Positions 50,301 through 64,000 of a DNA stretch of 64,000 nt are shown here, piece by piece. Every line of letters starts with the position of its first letter. Position 1 is the stretch's first letter. The notes under the pieces are model-generated. The model saw only the letters and a list, made by a program, of their open reading frames with translations, was not told the origin of the DNA and made no database searches. Origin of the DNA: Azolla caroliniana (Eukaryota > Plantae > Polypodiophyta); contig JBHGNT010000012.1 in NCBI GenBank assembly GCA_043228905.1, positions 124,001 through 188,000 of the forward strand. Reading direction: 5' to 3'. The position numbers and the translations under genes are program-made.

Positions 50301-53300
50301 CCAAATAGTTTCTCAATTGTCAAGAGTCCATCTACAGGAAATTCCGGTTCATTTGTTGGAAATTCCCGAACAATCTCAGGCACATCCCCTCAAACTTCTC
50401 CGCTTGTTTCGCCACGTTCATCAAGTCCCAATACTAGTACAGATTGGAATGGTCCAACTTATTCACCAGATTGTGATGGGCCTGAATCCAGTGATGATAC
50501 AGATCAATTGCGAGCCAGAGAACCAAGTGATTGTCATGGTATGACAAGGGTTGTAACCAATGCCAGGATTCCTCAGTCATCCTCATCTGTTGTAATTGGA
50601 AATCAATCTAGCAGTAATTATAAAGAAAAACTTTTTTCTCCCTACAATATTACAGCTAGGCCTGGCACAGAAGTCGATCTATTAGTTTCAAGAGTGGATA
50701 GTATACAGGGAGCTCATGTGAAACAAGAGGATGGTGCTGTATCACCTGATGGATTTGATATGCAAGAATGGTCTGAAGTTCTAAGAAAAAACAATGGTTG
50801 TGCAAGTACTGCAACTGGTACGTATGGGCTTGAGGGCTTTCCTAAAGGAGCCCTTAATGAAGGAACAGGAGTAGTTCACCAGAATACAGTGGAACTTAGG
50901 CAGTTGCAACCTCATCCAGAAGCATTCCCAGATGTAAGCTGAAATATTTGCAACAATATTAGTTTCAAAAATAGACTTGTAAGATGCATAATTTAGTATA
51001 CACTATGTAGTAGAGATGCATTGTTGCACATGACCTCAGTGTTTATTGGGATGAACCCCGCGGGTTGGGAATATAAAGAGATGACAGATCTGACATGTAG
51101 ATAATCTGGTTCCTTATTTTTTGCTTCAAGGTTTCCCTTGATAGACTCACCTTGGGTAAGGAGGAAATAGTTATATCCGCCATGTTCCCTGAACGTTGTC
51201 AGTAGGAGGTTTAGAGCTCCTTTCTTGTCTTGATGGTTACACTTTGCTGAAAAATGTAGAAATGTCCTTCTGAGATCATTATCCCTTGATAGACTTGCCT
51301 TGGGTAAGGGGGAAATAGCGATATCCACCATGTTCCCTAGATGTTGTTAGGGGATTTAGTGCTCCCTTCTTGTCTTGATGGTTACACTTTGCTGAAAGTG
51401 TAGAATATGTTCTTCTGAGATCAGTAGGGGGTTTGTTCGTTTTGTGCTCCCTGTACAAGAAATATATCGAACATAATCTTGGACATATGAATGTGATACT
51501 AGCATAATACATTCAAATGGTGACTTTTTCACAAAATAATGAATGTTGAGATTGCTGAATGGTTTGTATAATAAATATGTTTTTATTGCTTCTGATATTT
51601 CTTAAGTTTCGGAGGAAGATGAATCATCTTTCGAGGCCTTACTCCATGTGGTTAGACCTGGAAGAATCTTCTTCAAGGGTGTATTTTGTGAGATTTGTTA
51701 AGCTGCTAGAGGCAATTATTAATATTTTCTTTAACCGATTTTTTATTTTTGCTTCAATGAGCTAAACTAAAATATACAAATCGGAAGAATCATTGAAATA
51801 TTAGAATCAAACTATGGGATTTAGACCTGTGTGTGGATGGGGGCGCTATTGTCTCTCTGCATTCTCAACAGATTGTTTAGTGATCTTGAATGATGACCAA
51901 CAACATAGTTTGCATTTTTGATTGAGAGCAGCCTTAATATGATCGCTTCATAGAATGATATAAATTAGCATGGTTTATTCTAATGGGATCAGTCTCTCTT
52001 GTAAATACCAGGTGGTTAATGGAGATCACTGTACCTGGAATACTGTAGTGGCTCCAGTGGATGATGGTGGGCACAATGCAAGTGTCATGTTCAGTAGCTT
52101 TGAGGCTGATGTGCCTAATGAGCTCTACCAATCTCGTCATCAATTTCCTCAAAAATATCAAAATATGGAGCAGAGTAATGGTGATCAGCAGAGCCTTAGC
52201 AAGTTTGATGCTTCTTCTGATAATAAAGATAGTTCACAGTCATATGTAAATGTATTCAGAGACTTTCAAGCTGACATTCCTACTCAGCATATCGACCATG
52301 ATGCTTTCAAAAAATATGATAGCTTTGGTAGATGGATGAACCAGGACATTGGGGCAGATATTGATACTATGCTACCATTTCCTTCAGATATAACATGTTG
52401 GGCAAGTGCTCTTGTTGAAGATGACCCTGCTTTGACTCAACAGATGCAAGTAGATACCAGATCAAAATCCTTTTCACGACACAAGTGTTTTAGCATCTCA
52501 GATGTTTCACCTACTTATGTGTCATCAAACTGTGATACCAAGGTGAGAATCACGTATTTTTAATGGGGATATTTATTCAGGAATTTACGTAGTTATTTGA
52601 TGTAACTTTTATGTGGATTAAAAATTATAACAGCAGAGTTTGAGTCAGTGTATCCCAGTCACAGAAATTTGAAGGATTGAGGGCTAGAGATATTAGTTTC
52701 AGCAGGAGTAAATTGTAACTGCTTCCTAGGGGAAAATTAACACTAATAGTCTATTTCTTTGCCTTGGGAAGTGCACATGGATTTATAATATATAATGGAT
52801 TGTTACAATGGCCTGGATCAGATGCTTTGACATGTTGGAACCCAAACGGAGGTGAAAGCACCGCCGATTACCTAATGGGATCTCCATATCTTATACCTGA
52901 AATAAGAGAGTTCACTATATCTGGTAGACCTATTGGCCTGGCAGCAGATCATGCATATCTACGATTTGAGGTGAAGGATGGATGTCCAAGGGATGTATAT
53001 GCTAGGGAGAGTGGGCTGGGTAATTACCAATTTATTCGAGAGACAATTGATGTGTATATTTGTGTAGTATATAATAGATATGCTAGATTTGGACCCTTTC
53101 ACACCCCTACAAGAAGTTACACAAGGATTGTCAAAGTCATTGCATAAAGCTGCCACAAATGCCTATCCTCACACAGCGGCCAATGCCCCCAAACGTGGTA
53201 GTCATACATAATAGTTGGTATGATGAGGAATGTCGTGATACAAGGAGATAGCTTGTAGTGTGAAATAACTAGGGGTATTTATACACAAACAAGCAAGAGC

Positions 53301-56300
53301 AACCTTCTAACGCCTCGTGAGGAAGAAGCAGAGATTATAGCTTCGCTTGTTTCTAGGAAAATTAAGTAAAAGAGCATGGAAAATGTTTAATGAGAGGCAA
53401 TCTACAACTCAAGTGACCTCACCTCAGATGTGGCATGGATATGCTAATGTTCTATTTGATATGCGGGGGCAGCCTTCACTTCCCCACTCACATGGCTCAT
53501 GCCCACATGAATCCACCTTTTGTACTCCACAAAATGTAAGAAATGCCATTGATTGGTTACAATTTGAGAAGGCCTAGAATCATGCTTGATTGGTTGGTGA
53601 GCACTTTATCTATGCCTGTGACATCTTGCTCCATTGCTAGCACACATCTTTAATAGAGCCATGCGTGAAGGTTTCCCTACTAGATGGACGGAACATACCA
53701 TTGTGCCAATCCTCAAGAGTGGAGACCCTATGATGCCAAGCAACTATTGGACAATCGTGATTGGTCACTACTTGGCTAAACTATGTAGCTCGATTCTAGA
53801 GTCTGAATTGAGCATATGCGCTGTGTGAAATCACTGCCGTTCAGCTGGACAGGCAGGCTTTCGGAAGGGGTTCACAACTTTGGATCACATATTGACTCGC
53901 TGAGCCTGTATCGAGGAGGGCAGAGCCCATAATAAGAGGATTTATTGCTTCTTTATGGATTTCTGAAAAGCCTTTACACTATGCGGCGTGCTCGACTTAT
54001 GCAACAACTAGAAGCCCTTAGTGTCCCTACAGAGATGCAATGGGGAATCTATGCACTGTATGAATCCGTGTCAGGAAAAGTGGTGTCTCATTGGTTTGTT
54101 AGAGGTGGTGGCTAGCACAATCGGAGTGAGACAAGGATGCCCGCTTTTGCCCACTCTCTTCGGTCTCTATATAAATGAGGTATCACATTACATAAAGAGA
54201 TTCGATGGTTCAGGAGCATGCCTAGCGGGTATAGCTATACAAATATTACCATATGCTAATGATATTGTGTTGGTTTCTAACTCTCCGAAGGGACTCCGAG
54301 ACATATAAAGGCCTTAAAAGTATTTTGTACAGACAAAGGTTTGGCTATAAACATGGATAAAACTAAAGTGATGGTATTTAACACCACTCATGCATGGGTA
54401 AAATGATTAGAACCATAATTCTTCTTGGGAGAGGAAAAGTTGGAATACACATGCTCCTTCCCATAGTTAGGAGTAATATTTATAGGGCCTAGGTTCTCCT
54501 TATGGAAGGCTGCTTGTGCCCAACTTTCTTGTGGATATGCAGCCACGAACTAAACTGTGGATGTTTGATACAATTGTAACACCAACTCATCTCTTTGGAG
54601 TAGAAATGTGGGAACCGAGTCTTGACAAGGCAAATTACTAGAAAGATTTAAAGGGACCTTTAGTGTCAATGATTGCCCGTATGATAAGGAGTGGATATTT
54701 ACAGGGCCTAGGCTCTCCTTAAGGAAGGCTGCCTGTGCCGGACTTTCTCGGGGATATGCAGCCATTGGTGCTCTCGAAATACAACGTGCACATTTGCAGT
54801 TCCAAGAGCCACGAACTAAATTGTGGATATTTGATACACTTGTGACACGAACTCTTCTCTATGGAGTAGAACTGTAGAAATGTGGTTACCGAGTCTTAAC
54901 CAGGCAAATTATTGGAAAGATTTAGAGAGAGCTTTTGTGTCAATGATTGTGTGCATGATAAGGAGCAAAGCATCGGTACCCCATGATATAATTTGGGCAG
55001 AGATGGGAGCAGCCCCTATAATCACCGAGGCATTATTTTGATTAGTGACTTGTATCCAATGTCTTTGGGAGCTCCCTAAAGGAAGGTACTCAAGGGTGGC
55101 ACTTATGTCATCAAGACAACTGGCTAAACATGAAGAGTTTCATTGTTGGTATGCTGAAATTCAACAATGGTTCAAGTCACATGGCATAAGCATAAATGCA
55201 CTATCTTCGTTCCAATATAGCTTGGACTGTCCCCATCTTCATGACCAAAGTGGCAAAGAATAGATTGATCCAGAGTGATATTATTAACTTGGAAAACAAT
55301 ATAAAATGGATCAACCCCAAAATATCACTTGGTATGAAGATAGCCTACTACAAGACACACTTTTTACACACATTGGAGTATGGATTCATCATCAGACCAC
55401 CTTATATGGACACACACCTATCCTATGCGCTGCGCAGTGTGATAGGTAGGTAGATATGCACGAATACCTCTGGAAGAAAGAAATTGCCATTTGTACCATC
55501 AAGGAGTGGAATCTGAAGAACACTATGTTTGTCACTGTAGTGTCTTTTATGAATAAACAACAAGTCTGTATTTGTAATCAAAGGACATAAATGTTGAGCT
55601 ACTCATCCCTGCAGTTCATGACATTTTCCCATCGTTAGAGATATCGGGGCTCTTAAGCATTGAAGCACAAACCATATTGTTTGTTTGTTTCAACTTGTTA
55701 ATGTATTATTCTCTTACTCTACATTGTAAATCTTCAAGGTTCTTGCATCAAAAAGTAATCGATGATTTTTATATATTTCTTTTTCTTGATAGGTACTGGT
55801 TGTTGGCAGTTTTAGTGATACCTTGGAAAATATTTCAGAATCCAAATGGTGCTGTATGTTTGGAGATGTTGAAGTTCCTGTTGAGTTTCTGCAACCTGGG
55901 GTTTTGAGGTGCATTGCACCTCCTCATGTTCCTGGAAAGGTTCCTTTGTGTATAACAAGAAATGATGGGATTGCATGCAGTGAAGTGAAAGAATTCGAAT
56001 ATCGTGATGAATCTAAAGAATCAAGTGTCAATTCATCTGAATGGACATCTTCATATAAGAGGGACATACTTTTCCAAATTCGTCTTGCACGAATGCTCTC
56101 CTGCGGAATTACAATACCACAGCGGACAATACCTGAGGACATATCTAAGGATTTATCTACTGCGTTGAACTCATTGAGTTTGTTTGAAGAATGGGAAAAA
56201 ATGGAGGATCAACTCACAGATTCCAGTTTTCCGGCTAGAATTTTAAAGGTGCAATTCGTTGACAAACTATTGAAGGAAAACTTCCGGTTATGGGTATTGA

Positions 56301-59092
56301 AGAAAGTTCAAGATGGTGGTAAAGGTGCAGCTGTGCTGGATGATAATGGGTTGGGAGTTTTGCACATGGGAGCAGCACTTGGGTATACTTGGATCATCGT
56401 CCCCATCTTAGCCGCTGGAGTGAATATTAACTTTCGGGATTCGCGAGGATGGACTGCTCTTCATTGGGCTGCACACTGTGGCAGGTAGAATGCATGCACA
56501 ATAGGAAAATAATTTAAATAGAAGAAAATTGTGGCTGCAATTCTTGAAGATGAATTTATAATGGTGCATCTGCATGTCAGTATTCCTTTGTCTACATTGT
56601 ATGGATAACATGAACACCCCTTACAATTGTTGAAGGGGATTTTAGTATCGTGTATTTGTGTATGAAAATATACCTTCGTCTGTTGTGTATGGAATCTGGA
56701 TACCATGAATATTTCTTATGATTTAACAAGTTATGATACCTGCGAATAGTCAGTTGTGTTTTTGATTGACCCTCTGACCGTTGATAGGGAATCTATGGTG
56801 GTAGCTCTTCTAGCTAATGGTGCAGCTCCAGGTGCAAAAACCGATCCCACTAGTACATTCCCAGCAGGCCAGACTCCAGCTGATCTTGCATCTACTGAAC
56901 ATCATAAGGGAATTGCAGGGTACCTTGCAGAGGCATCTCTTACAAGCCATCTTTCACTGCTTACTTTGAAGAATAAATTGGATGGAAGCGTGCTTAGCAA
57001 TGAAACAATAGAAACTGTGTCTGAAAAGTCCATCGTACAGCCGAGTGCGGGAGAAAGTCAAGAACAACTATCTTTGCAAGACTCCCTTGCTGCCGCTCGT
57101 AATGCTACCCAAGCTGCAGCCCGTATCCAATCTGCATTTCGTGTGCAGTCATTTAAAAGAAAGCAGGTGTCCTATTCCCTTGAGAAGGATGAGTATGGGA
57201 TCTCTAATGAGGAAGCAAAGTGCATTGTAGCTGCACAAAAATCAAACAGGAGTGGATTGACCTTTGACGCCGATGAAGTTTCTCATTCTGCTGCCATTCG
57301 TATACAACAAAAATATCGTGGCTGGAAAGGGCGCCAAGAATTCCTTCTATTCCGCCAGCGTGTTGTTAAGATTCAGGTACTAAAGTGAACTAAACAAAAG
57401 CGTGTTGTTTTGGTTAATCAAAATGTACATCGCTACAGTTTTTAGAGTTAAATTCCTTCAAAAATGAACAAATATATTATACTTCATCCTCTAGCCATAT
57501 GACAGGATTGGACCAATCTAGTATTATGTAGCATGCTAGTAGAGTGGCAAATCTGGTTAGTATCAGACTTCAGTTCATTAAATTTTGTTATTTGTTTACT
57601 TTCCATTAACTCCGTACGAAGGAATGACCTTTGTACCGTTAAACAATGTAGCAGGGAAATCTTTTAATGTCCAAGGACATGGAGAGGCATATGTGTCCGG
57701 ATCTAAGCTAAGCCATCCTCACGTTTTTTTAAGGCCCCATTCAACATATAGGGAAGAAATGCGTGCCATTATTTAGCTGGTGGCAACCTCTTTTTCATAG
57801 ATACACCTTGGCATTTGAAGTATCCTGAACTGCGTGTCTTATATCTTTCAGTATCCGAAGTAGGCTTTTAGTCTAGTTTGAATGATGTATCAGATTCTGT
57901 TCCCAAGGTGAAAATCAGTCCGATTATTATTGTGATAAGTTTCGGTTTCTTCTGCCCACGTATATATATTGATATGATTTTACTCTTTTAATATTGATGC
58001 CTACTGGGTTTAGTTTCATTTCCCCAGGTGAAAATTAAGCGAATTTTATTGTGATAAGTTTTGGGTCTCTTTTGCCTATATAGATATGTTGATATGATTT
58101 CCCTTTTTTAATCTTGATGTCCTGCGCTCATATTTCAGATTTTAGTTTGCATGATCTGTTTTTAGCATCTTATGAAAAGACAATAATAAGCTCCCAAGAA
58201 GTCAAAGTTTCTTCAGCTTTTTTCGTTTATAACCATGGCCCTCGGACTTTTTCAGGCCCATTTTCGAGGACATCAAGTCCGTAAGCAGTACAAGAAGATT
58301 GTATGGTCAGTGAGCATTGTGGAGAAAGCAATCTTACGATGGCGGAGAAAGGGCAGAGGCTTACGTGGGTTCGAATCAGTGAAGCTGAAAGCTTTGGAAC
58401 TGGGTTCAAATTGTGATGGAGATGAGGACTTTCTGAAAGCAGGAAGGAAGCAAACCGAGGCAGGGTTGGAGAAGGCTCTTGCTAGGGTTCACTCGATGGT
58501 CAGATCTCCAGAAGCTCGTGAGCAGTACAGAAGGCTTCTTGAAGGTTATCAAAAGACAAAGGTGAAACTTCCTAATTGATCCCCATTTCATGGAGTGATA
58601 AGACTTCAAGAAAAAACTATAGTTATAGTAGCCTGATTTTTCTGCAAACACCTTCGAAAATCATATAATTGCCCAAATGTTTTAGCAAAGAAAGAAGGAT
58701 TTACCAAGTACTATTTGTTGAGACAAGAAAAATCTAATTATTAGATAGTGATTTTCTCTGATTGATTCGCCCAAGTTAGAAAAAGAAATTTGACAAGTCG
58801 TTACTACCAAAAATTACTTCTGAAAGGTTGAAAGGTTAGCCTCATGTTTTGATTTGAATTTGGTTGTATGGTAATGTGAGATTGATCAATTTACACTTAA
58901 TGACTTCATGAGGTTCCTTATTGTTACTTTGACACCATGAAATTCTTCCGTATAATCTTATATATACCTCAAATTTTCAATTTACAGGTGCAAATACTAG
59001 GTGGTCCTATCGTTGATGCCAATGATGCTTCAAAGGAGGAACAAAGCTCGGAAGATTTTGCTATGTCTACATATTCTGAAGGCTTCTTCTAG
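47394..59092 (+). CDS. CAMTA: Calmodulin-binding transcription activator (CAMTA), 11 exons, ~1097 aa
   Basis: Exons: 47394-47433, 49055-49180, 49680-49795, 49906-49991, 50097-50142, 50277-50933, 52012-52542, 55793-56484, 56788-57376, 58256-58561, 58988-59092 (3294 nt, GT-AG, phase-consistent). CG-1 domain (EAQHRWLRPPE, FRKDGHNWRKKKDGKTVREAHERLK, HIVLVHYREV), DSFGRWM, TIG (WCCMFGDVEVP), ankyrin (GWTALHWAA), three IQ motifs and CaMBD (WSVSIVEKAILRWRRKGRGLRGF). The first exon is the least certain. Confidence 0.93.
51134..51426. repeat. Two-unit tandem duplication, period ~148 bp
   Basis: TCCCTTGATAGACT...TCTGAGATCA at 51134 and 51282. Confidence 0.92.
52740..55555 (+). mobile_element. Degenerate RTE-like LINE in CAMTA intron 7
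   Basis: Endonuclease tail (STADYLMGS), IVPILKSGDP..PSNY.TI, QAGFRKG.TTLDHI, GVRQGCP..PTLFGLYI, PYANDIV and a C-terminal Cys/His remnant. Many stops and frameshifts. Confidence 0.8.
57901..58122. repeat. Two-unit tandem duplication, period 120 bp
   Basis: TCCC.AGGTGAAAAT...TGATATGATTT at 57901 and 58021. Confidence 0.88.
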
Positions 59093-59789
59093 GCCCTATT
59101 GAAAACAAGAGTGAGCATTTACTAACCTCTCAGTTATTTTGCAATGTATAGATTTTCATAAAAGCAGGAACCACTATATTTATAATCTTGGTGCCGAGTC
59201 ATTCAACATAAGTTCATCGATTTTTGTTGTTTTTATTTAACTCAGCAAGGCTTGTACAAAAACTGCCGCCTGTGTAACTTCTAGGTACTGATAGAGAACC
59301 CAACACACTTGAATCAAACCTCTCATATGGGGAATCAAAGGTCGATATGTAAAACAATGTGTTCTCTTTTCTAGTTAGGAGGCTAAATATTAAATAGCAA
59401 ACTCTTATCTCTTTCAATTTGAAAGAAAACATATGCAGATATAATGATAAAATAATCAGCTATGGCCAGTTATTTTGAAAATCTATTTGGTGCTCCTTAC
59501 GTCTACACGGTGTTGAGAATGGATACAAACAGAAATTAAGAGTATACAAAAATATTTGGAGAGCCTATTTCTAAGAATGAGTTTTAAAATACTAAGCTCT
59601 CTAAAAACTGATTATGATATGTTTAGTTGCTGGTTATTATTGACCAAGAAATCATGAAAATGTTGGCCAATGATTAATTAATGCATTCACGTAGAGCAAA
59701 AAACCTCTAGATAGTTTTAGTTTAAAAATTGTTTGTGAAACATCTAATCAAAACTTGCATAGGATAAACGTTAAGTGTGACAAACCATC

Positions 59790-60400
59790 TTAGAATTAGA
59801 ATTTTTATCGTCCATAAAGAGGCCAAATTTGACCTATGGGACCAGAGTATACATGTGTTCTTGACATGTGTCTCCTTCCTAAGAAGGGGTATTCATACAT
59901 TGAAGCAACCTTCTCTATGTGTGAATAAAGTATGCACATATGAGCTCAACCTTCTCGGTGGTGTCTTAAGTATGGTACTTAAATTATTACTCCCTCTTAG
60001 TATGTCAGCATATCTTGAATGAATTGCACTATTTGTCGAGCATTTGAAGAGCAAGTAACATTCATCCTCTACCATGCCTTCATTGCGTACATTGCATGTC
60101 TTCAAATTAGTTACATTTTGATACCATGATGCAACTTCAATACCTAACTTGTGAGATTGAGTGTAAAGTAGTGTAAGGGCTCTACAAACTCATATTGGTA
60201 ATGAGATAAGGTTGGATACGATCAATAGGCATTCTTGCTTTATATTGAGACCAACATTTAGGGTTGACATTTGCAATGTAGTATTCTAGCTTTGTCCTCT
60301 CATCATCTTCTCACTTCATCCTTAATGATTCCACCAACCTTTCCTCAATCATTACATAATGTATAACATTACCTGAAAGCTCAAAAAGATCATCCAAACC
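59790..60400 (-). mobile_element. RTE-like LINE 3' fragment
   Basis: Reverse-complement similarity to ~22750-23290 (CCCCTTCTTAGGAAGGAG and the tail region); CNVRNEGMVEDECYLLFKC. Confidence 0.65.
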
Positions 60401-60889
60401 CCTCTATAAACATCTCACCTCTATAAAGTTATGGTCTGGGGACAAATGAAGGCAATAAGGCAAGAGAAACAAACATATATTAATATTGCCTTCCAAGGTC
60501 AAATATGGCTTATGAAATACTTGATCTTCAAGAACTTGAATAATGAATGTCACAATTACAAGTGCACATTGTGATTGTGAAAGAAATTCATGCAAGGAGT
60601 GGGTTTAGTCGAAGATGTGATCATTTGTACGGAAATGAACCAAAATGTGATACTATTGATTCTTGAACTTATTTAGGGCAAAGTGTGCATAATCGACTAC
60701 TCTCATCACTTGTACCCTAGTGACTTGTCTCATAGAGCATGTGAAATGTCACAGGAAACAATGGTTTGGATGGCAAACAATGTGATGGGCTTTGACATGT
60801 ATTTATGTGTTATTTCTTAGTTTAAGGTAATATAATATGTGAAGCGTGAGTTTCCACCTTTTTTCCATGTCATGATACATTGGAATTGC

Positions 60890-61545
60890 AAAAAAACCTC
60901 GTTCACAAAGGAATTTATTGATTCATAATGAAACATGTTGTATCCCATATTTGAAACCATTTTTCTACACCTTGCATCAACTAAAACACAAAAATTTGCT
61001 TGTGTGAGTGTGTGTGTCTATTGGACCTTTTTGCTTGCTTCCCATGTGATTATAGGAAGTCAATTTGAGGGGTTTTTTAAAGCTTAAGCATGTATTTCAC
61101 AATCCTTTCCACAACCATGATCTGAATGGGAATTGTTCTCGGGTCAAGAAGTAGGAGTTTGTATGGTGTTTGTTTCTTGACTTGGAGAAACTTTATAAGA
61201 AAATTCTTTTGAACATTTTCAAACTCTTCCTAAGTGGATTTACCAATGTTAATGCCTTATAATTCCGCCCGATAGAGAATCATTGGTGTCACCGAAGTGG
61301 CAAACATGTATTTCTTGAGAACCTAACATTAAAATTTTCCAACATTGCATGTGTTCTCAAATGCATAATATGCTCTCTTTCCCACCTTTGAGCAAAGAAT
61401 AGCGCATTGATCTATCTTTGATTCGAGGGAACTTGAAGCTCAAGGCATTTAAACATAAAGCTTTCCATAGTCTCAAGTGTCTCATTATTGTACATAATAT
61501 ATGGTTTATCCATATTTTAGCTCTCCATATTGTTGTTTTAGAGCT
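60890..61545 (-). mobile_element. RTE-like LINE fragment (post-RT region)
   Basis: The reverse strand reads approximately KYMFATSVTPMILY..EFENVQKNFLIKFLQVKKQTPY. Confidence 0.5.
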
Positions 61546-64000
61546 ATGCAAAAGTCTTCCAATGCCATAATACGCCGTCCGTCGTGTAAATGCGCATGCT
61601 TGTGGTACTTGAGTGGGAACGTGGGTGACCTAAACCGGGGACGTTGTGATGCTTAGAGAAAAGACCCTTAAACCCTTTAGTAGGTGTCCTTGCATAATTT
61701 CCCCTTATAATGTAAACTGTGCTTAGTGGATAGCGTGGGGCACCTTGGAGTCCAACTTCAACTGAGGCTAGAGTGAGCCAAAAGCTTGCATATATCGAAG
61801 GCTCCAATGAGTCGAAGGTTCAAACCAATCAAGTTGTGGGCTAGCGACTCTGGTGGGCTCCTTGCATCAGCCAACGCTATCGAGGAAATCCTCACGTGTT
61901 CGCGAAATGAAGCAAGACTACAAGGGTCCTGGACCGGAAGGATTTGAAGTTTTTATTAGCTTTAGTGAGAAGGTATTTAAGATAGAGAGAGGGATTGAGA
62001 GACGGAGATTCCAATTCTGAGATAGATTTGAGAAAGAGAGATTGACCCCTTGAATTCAATTTTGAGAGAGAAGATACATAACCAATAGGATAAGTAGTTT
62101 TCTTATTATTAATTTCTTGATGCCCCTATGCATATGATGCATGTGAGGGTACAAGACATGCATATAATGCACGGAAAGCATGAAATGCATGCGATTCATG
62201 TTTGCCATTTGGCGTTCATGCATCACATGTGATGCATGATGACCATCTCACTTATCCAAGCTCTCATGTATGAGAATTTACATGTGAAAAGTACAATGAT
62301 GAAAATAAACTTCAAAGAAACATCTTAGCCTAATGGTATGTCAATTGTTTCCTATCTAGGTGCAAGGTTCAAGACTTGCTTGCACCCCTTTGTATGCACT
62401 CAAATGTTACTAGGCTTTAGTCTTATTTTTATATTTACAAATGTTTGAGTGCACATCACACGTGCACATGTTTAACTTTATCTAACTTTTCTTTTATGAT
62501 TCTCATTTCAATCCTATTTACAACTTGCTAGTATATGCGTGTGGCCTTCACCCCTTTCACACGTGCACATTGCACCTTCGTGATTTCGTTAGTTCCACAC
62601 AATTTTCACACCGTTGCCCAAAATCTTCACGACACCACGTTTTCCCCTTCCTCCCTCCCTCCTCTCACCCACCCACTCACACAACAATGGTATGTGAACA
62701 ATTTAACATGAGATTAAAGTTGATTACACTCGATTGACAGAACATTCACTTGATAAAGACCAAATACCATGATTTTGGTGGTTCTTACAAAATGACCTTC
62801 AATGGTTTAAACAAGAAGAATAATGATGAGGAGCAATCAGGCTTCAATGCAGATTCAAGCTGCTTGACTACTTTCTATGACGACAACGCCTCTTTCTCAA
62901 TGTAGTCTCCTTGTGCCACTTAATGCTCCCTTCTCCAACTAGTAGTCGAGCTCCAACATAATAAGAAGAAGAGGAAGTCGAAAGAGAAGTGCTCCTAGTC
63001 ATTTTCAGATTCACTCTCTTTCCAAATCTAAAACTCTCAAACAATGAAGAAGAACAAGAGTAGAAAGAAAGAAAGAAAGAAAGATATATTAACGTCTTTT
63101 AAGAGGCCAAAATGCATGCCTCTTCAATGCCCAAAATCCCAAAATGGTCAAACCCTTAAATGAGCCCTCCACTCTTCCTTTTATAGAGACGAGGCTTAAC
63201 ATTAAATGCTTGACTACCTGCTTCACATAAATGGCAGCCCCTTTTTTATACGGATTAAGATCCAAACTCTAGAGTCTACACCCCATTGTGTATAATCTAT
63301 AACTCTAGTCACTAATCTATAGCCTATAGTACTTTTATTGTCCTTTATACATATTTACATTTAATGTGATTGTCCCACTTTCCGCCTTTTTATTTATTTT
63401 TACATTAGGACCCACCATATCATGAGATCCAACCCCACCAAACCTTTTCATCATCTGGTATGTGCCAAGAATGATGGGGCCGAAGGTCATCAAACTTCGT
63501 CTTCCTCACTTCCGTTTCCATCCATGTTGTCACCTTTGTTGTCCTGAGCCTCTGACTCTTGCTCACCTTTGTTTTCGTCTTCCTCAAAACCATCTAGGTG
63601 TGGCTCATTCTTTTGTGACTTGAAGATCTTTACTCTTTTCGCCTCTATTGGTACCACAAGCCTTGTCTTGTTGTTACGAGCATGACCATATAATATCTTG
63701 TGGTAAGATTGTATCATAGTATTCTATACACGTGGATAAAGTGTGAGGATAAATGAGGAGAGAGAAGGGTGTCGATCCACTCGACCACCCACGAGCGAAG
63801 GGATCGAGACAGACTTGAGCCTTAATCGGCGTCCCATACCACCACCACAACATCAAGTCATACCTGGTACTAACACGCTCATTTCAAGAGTTGATCACCA
63901 CGAGGACAGAGTCCAGAGTCTCAAAGTAGTCGATAATGTGTCAAATGAGGGTTACGTAGCTAGGCCTCATATTTATAGACAAACCTAAGGTCCCCAAGCA
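61545..64000. other. Repeat-derived intergenic sequence (probable LTR/TE remnants, unclassified)
   Basis: LTR-like compositional blocks and a short retroposon-like tail at 63062-63114; no coding motif recognised. Confidence 0.3.

Noticed and set aside
50993-51512. Two similar minus-strand ORFs (SAKCNHQDKKGALN) suggesting a nested gene pair
   Set aside because: A by-product of the 148-bp intronic duplication; indels shift the frames and there is no domain.
60450-60890. Possible CACTA transposase remnant (REFPPFFHVMIH)
   Set aside because: A single short motif with no TIRs; too weak to list as a feature.

Overview
Eukaryotic plant nuclear DNA, AT-rich, with GT-AG spliceosomal introns. The host is probably a seed-free vascular plant such as a fern; this is inferred from a Tcn1-like chromovirus, the PLS-class PPR remnant and the long TE-filled introns. 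Two intact multi-exon genes point away from each other. One is an organellar (plastid/mitochondrial-type) leucyl-tRNA synthetase on the minus strand (20 exons, 27553->4352, ~980 aa). The other is a CAMTA transcription factor on the plus strand (11 exons, 47394->59092, ~1097 aa). The ~20 kb between their start codons is mostly a stack of nested LTR retrotransposons. Two young full-length Copia elements are present, each with one in-frame TAG: 15403-20512 (in LeuRS intron 3, non-canonical TG...TA ends) and 31668-37018. The window also holds solo LTRs, degenerate Gypsy, Copia and LINE remnants, a PPR pseudogene, microsatellites and a recurring class of two-unit 90-170 bp intronic tandem duplications. 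The best lead is the intronic Copia: its protein resembles, from memory, grass Ale-type elements, so it is a candidate horizontal transfer that needs a database test. No CRISPR, rRNA or tRNA genes were seen. All exon boundaries were read by eye and have no transcript support.
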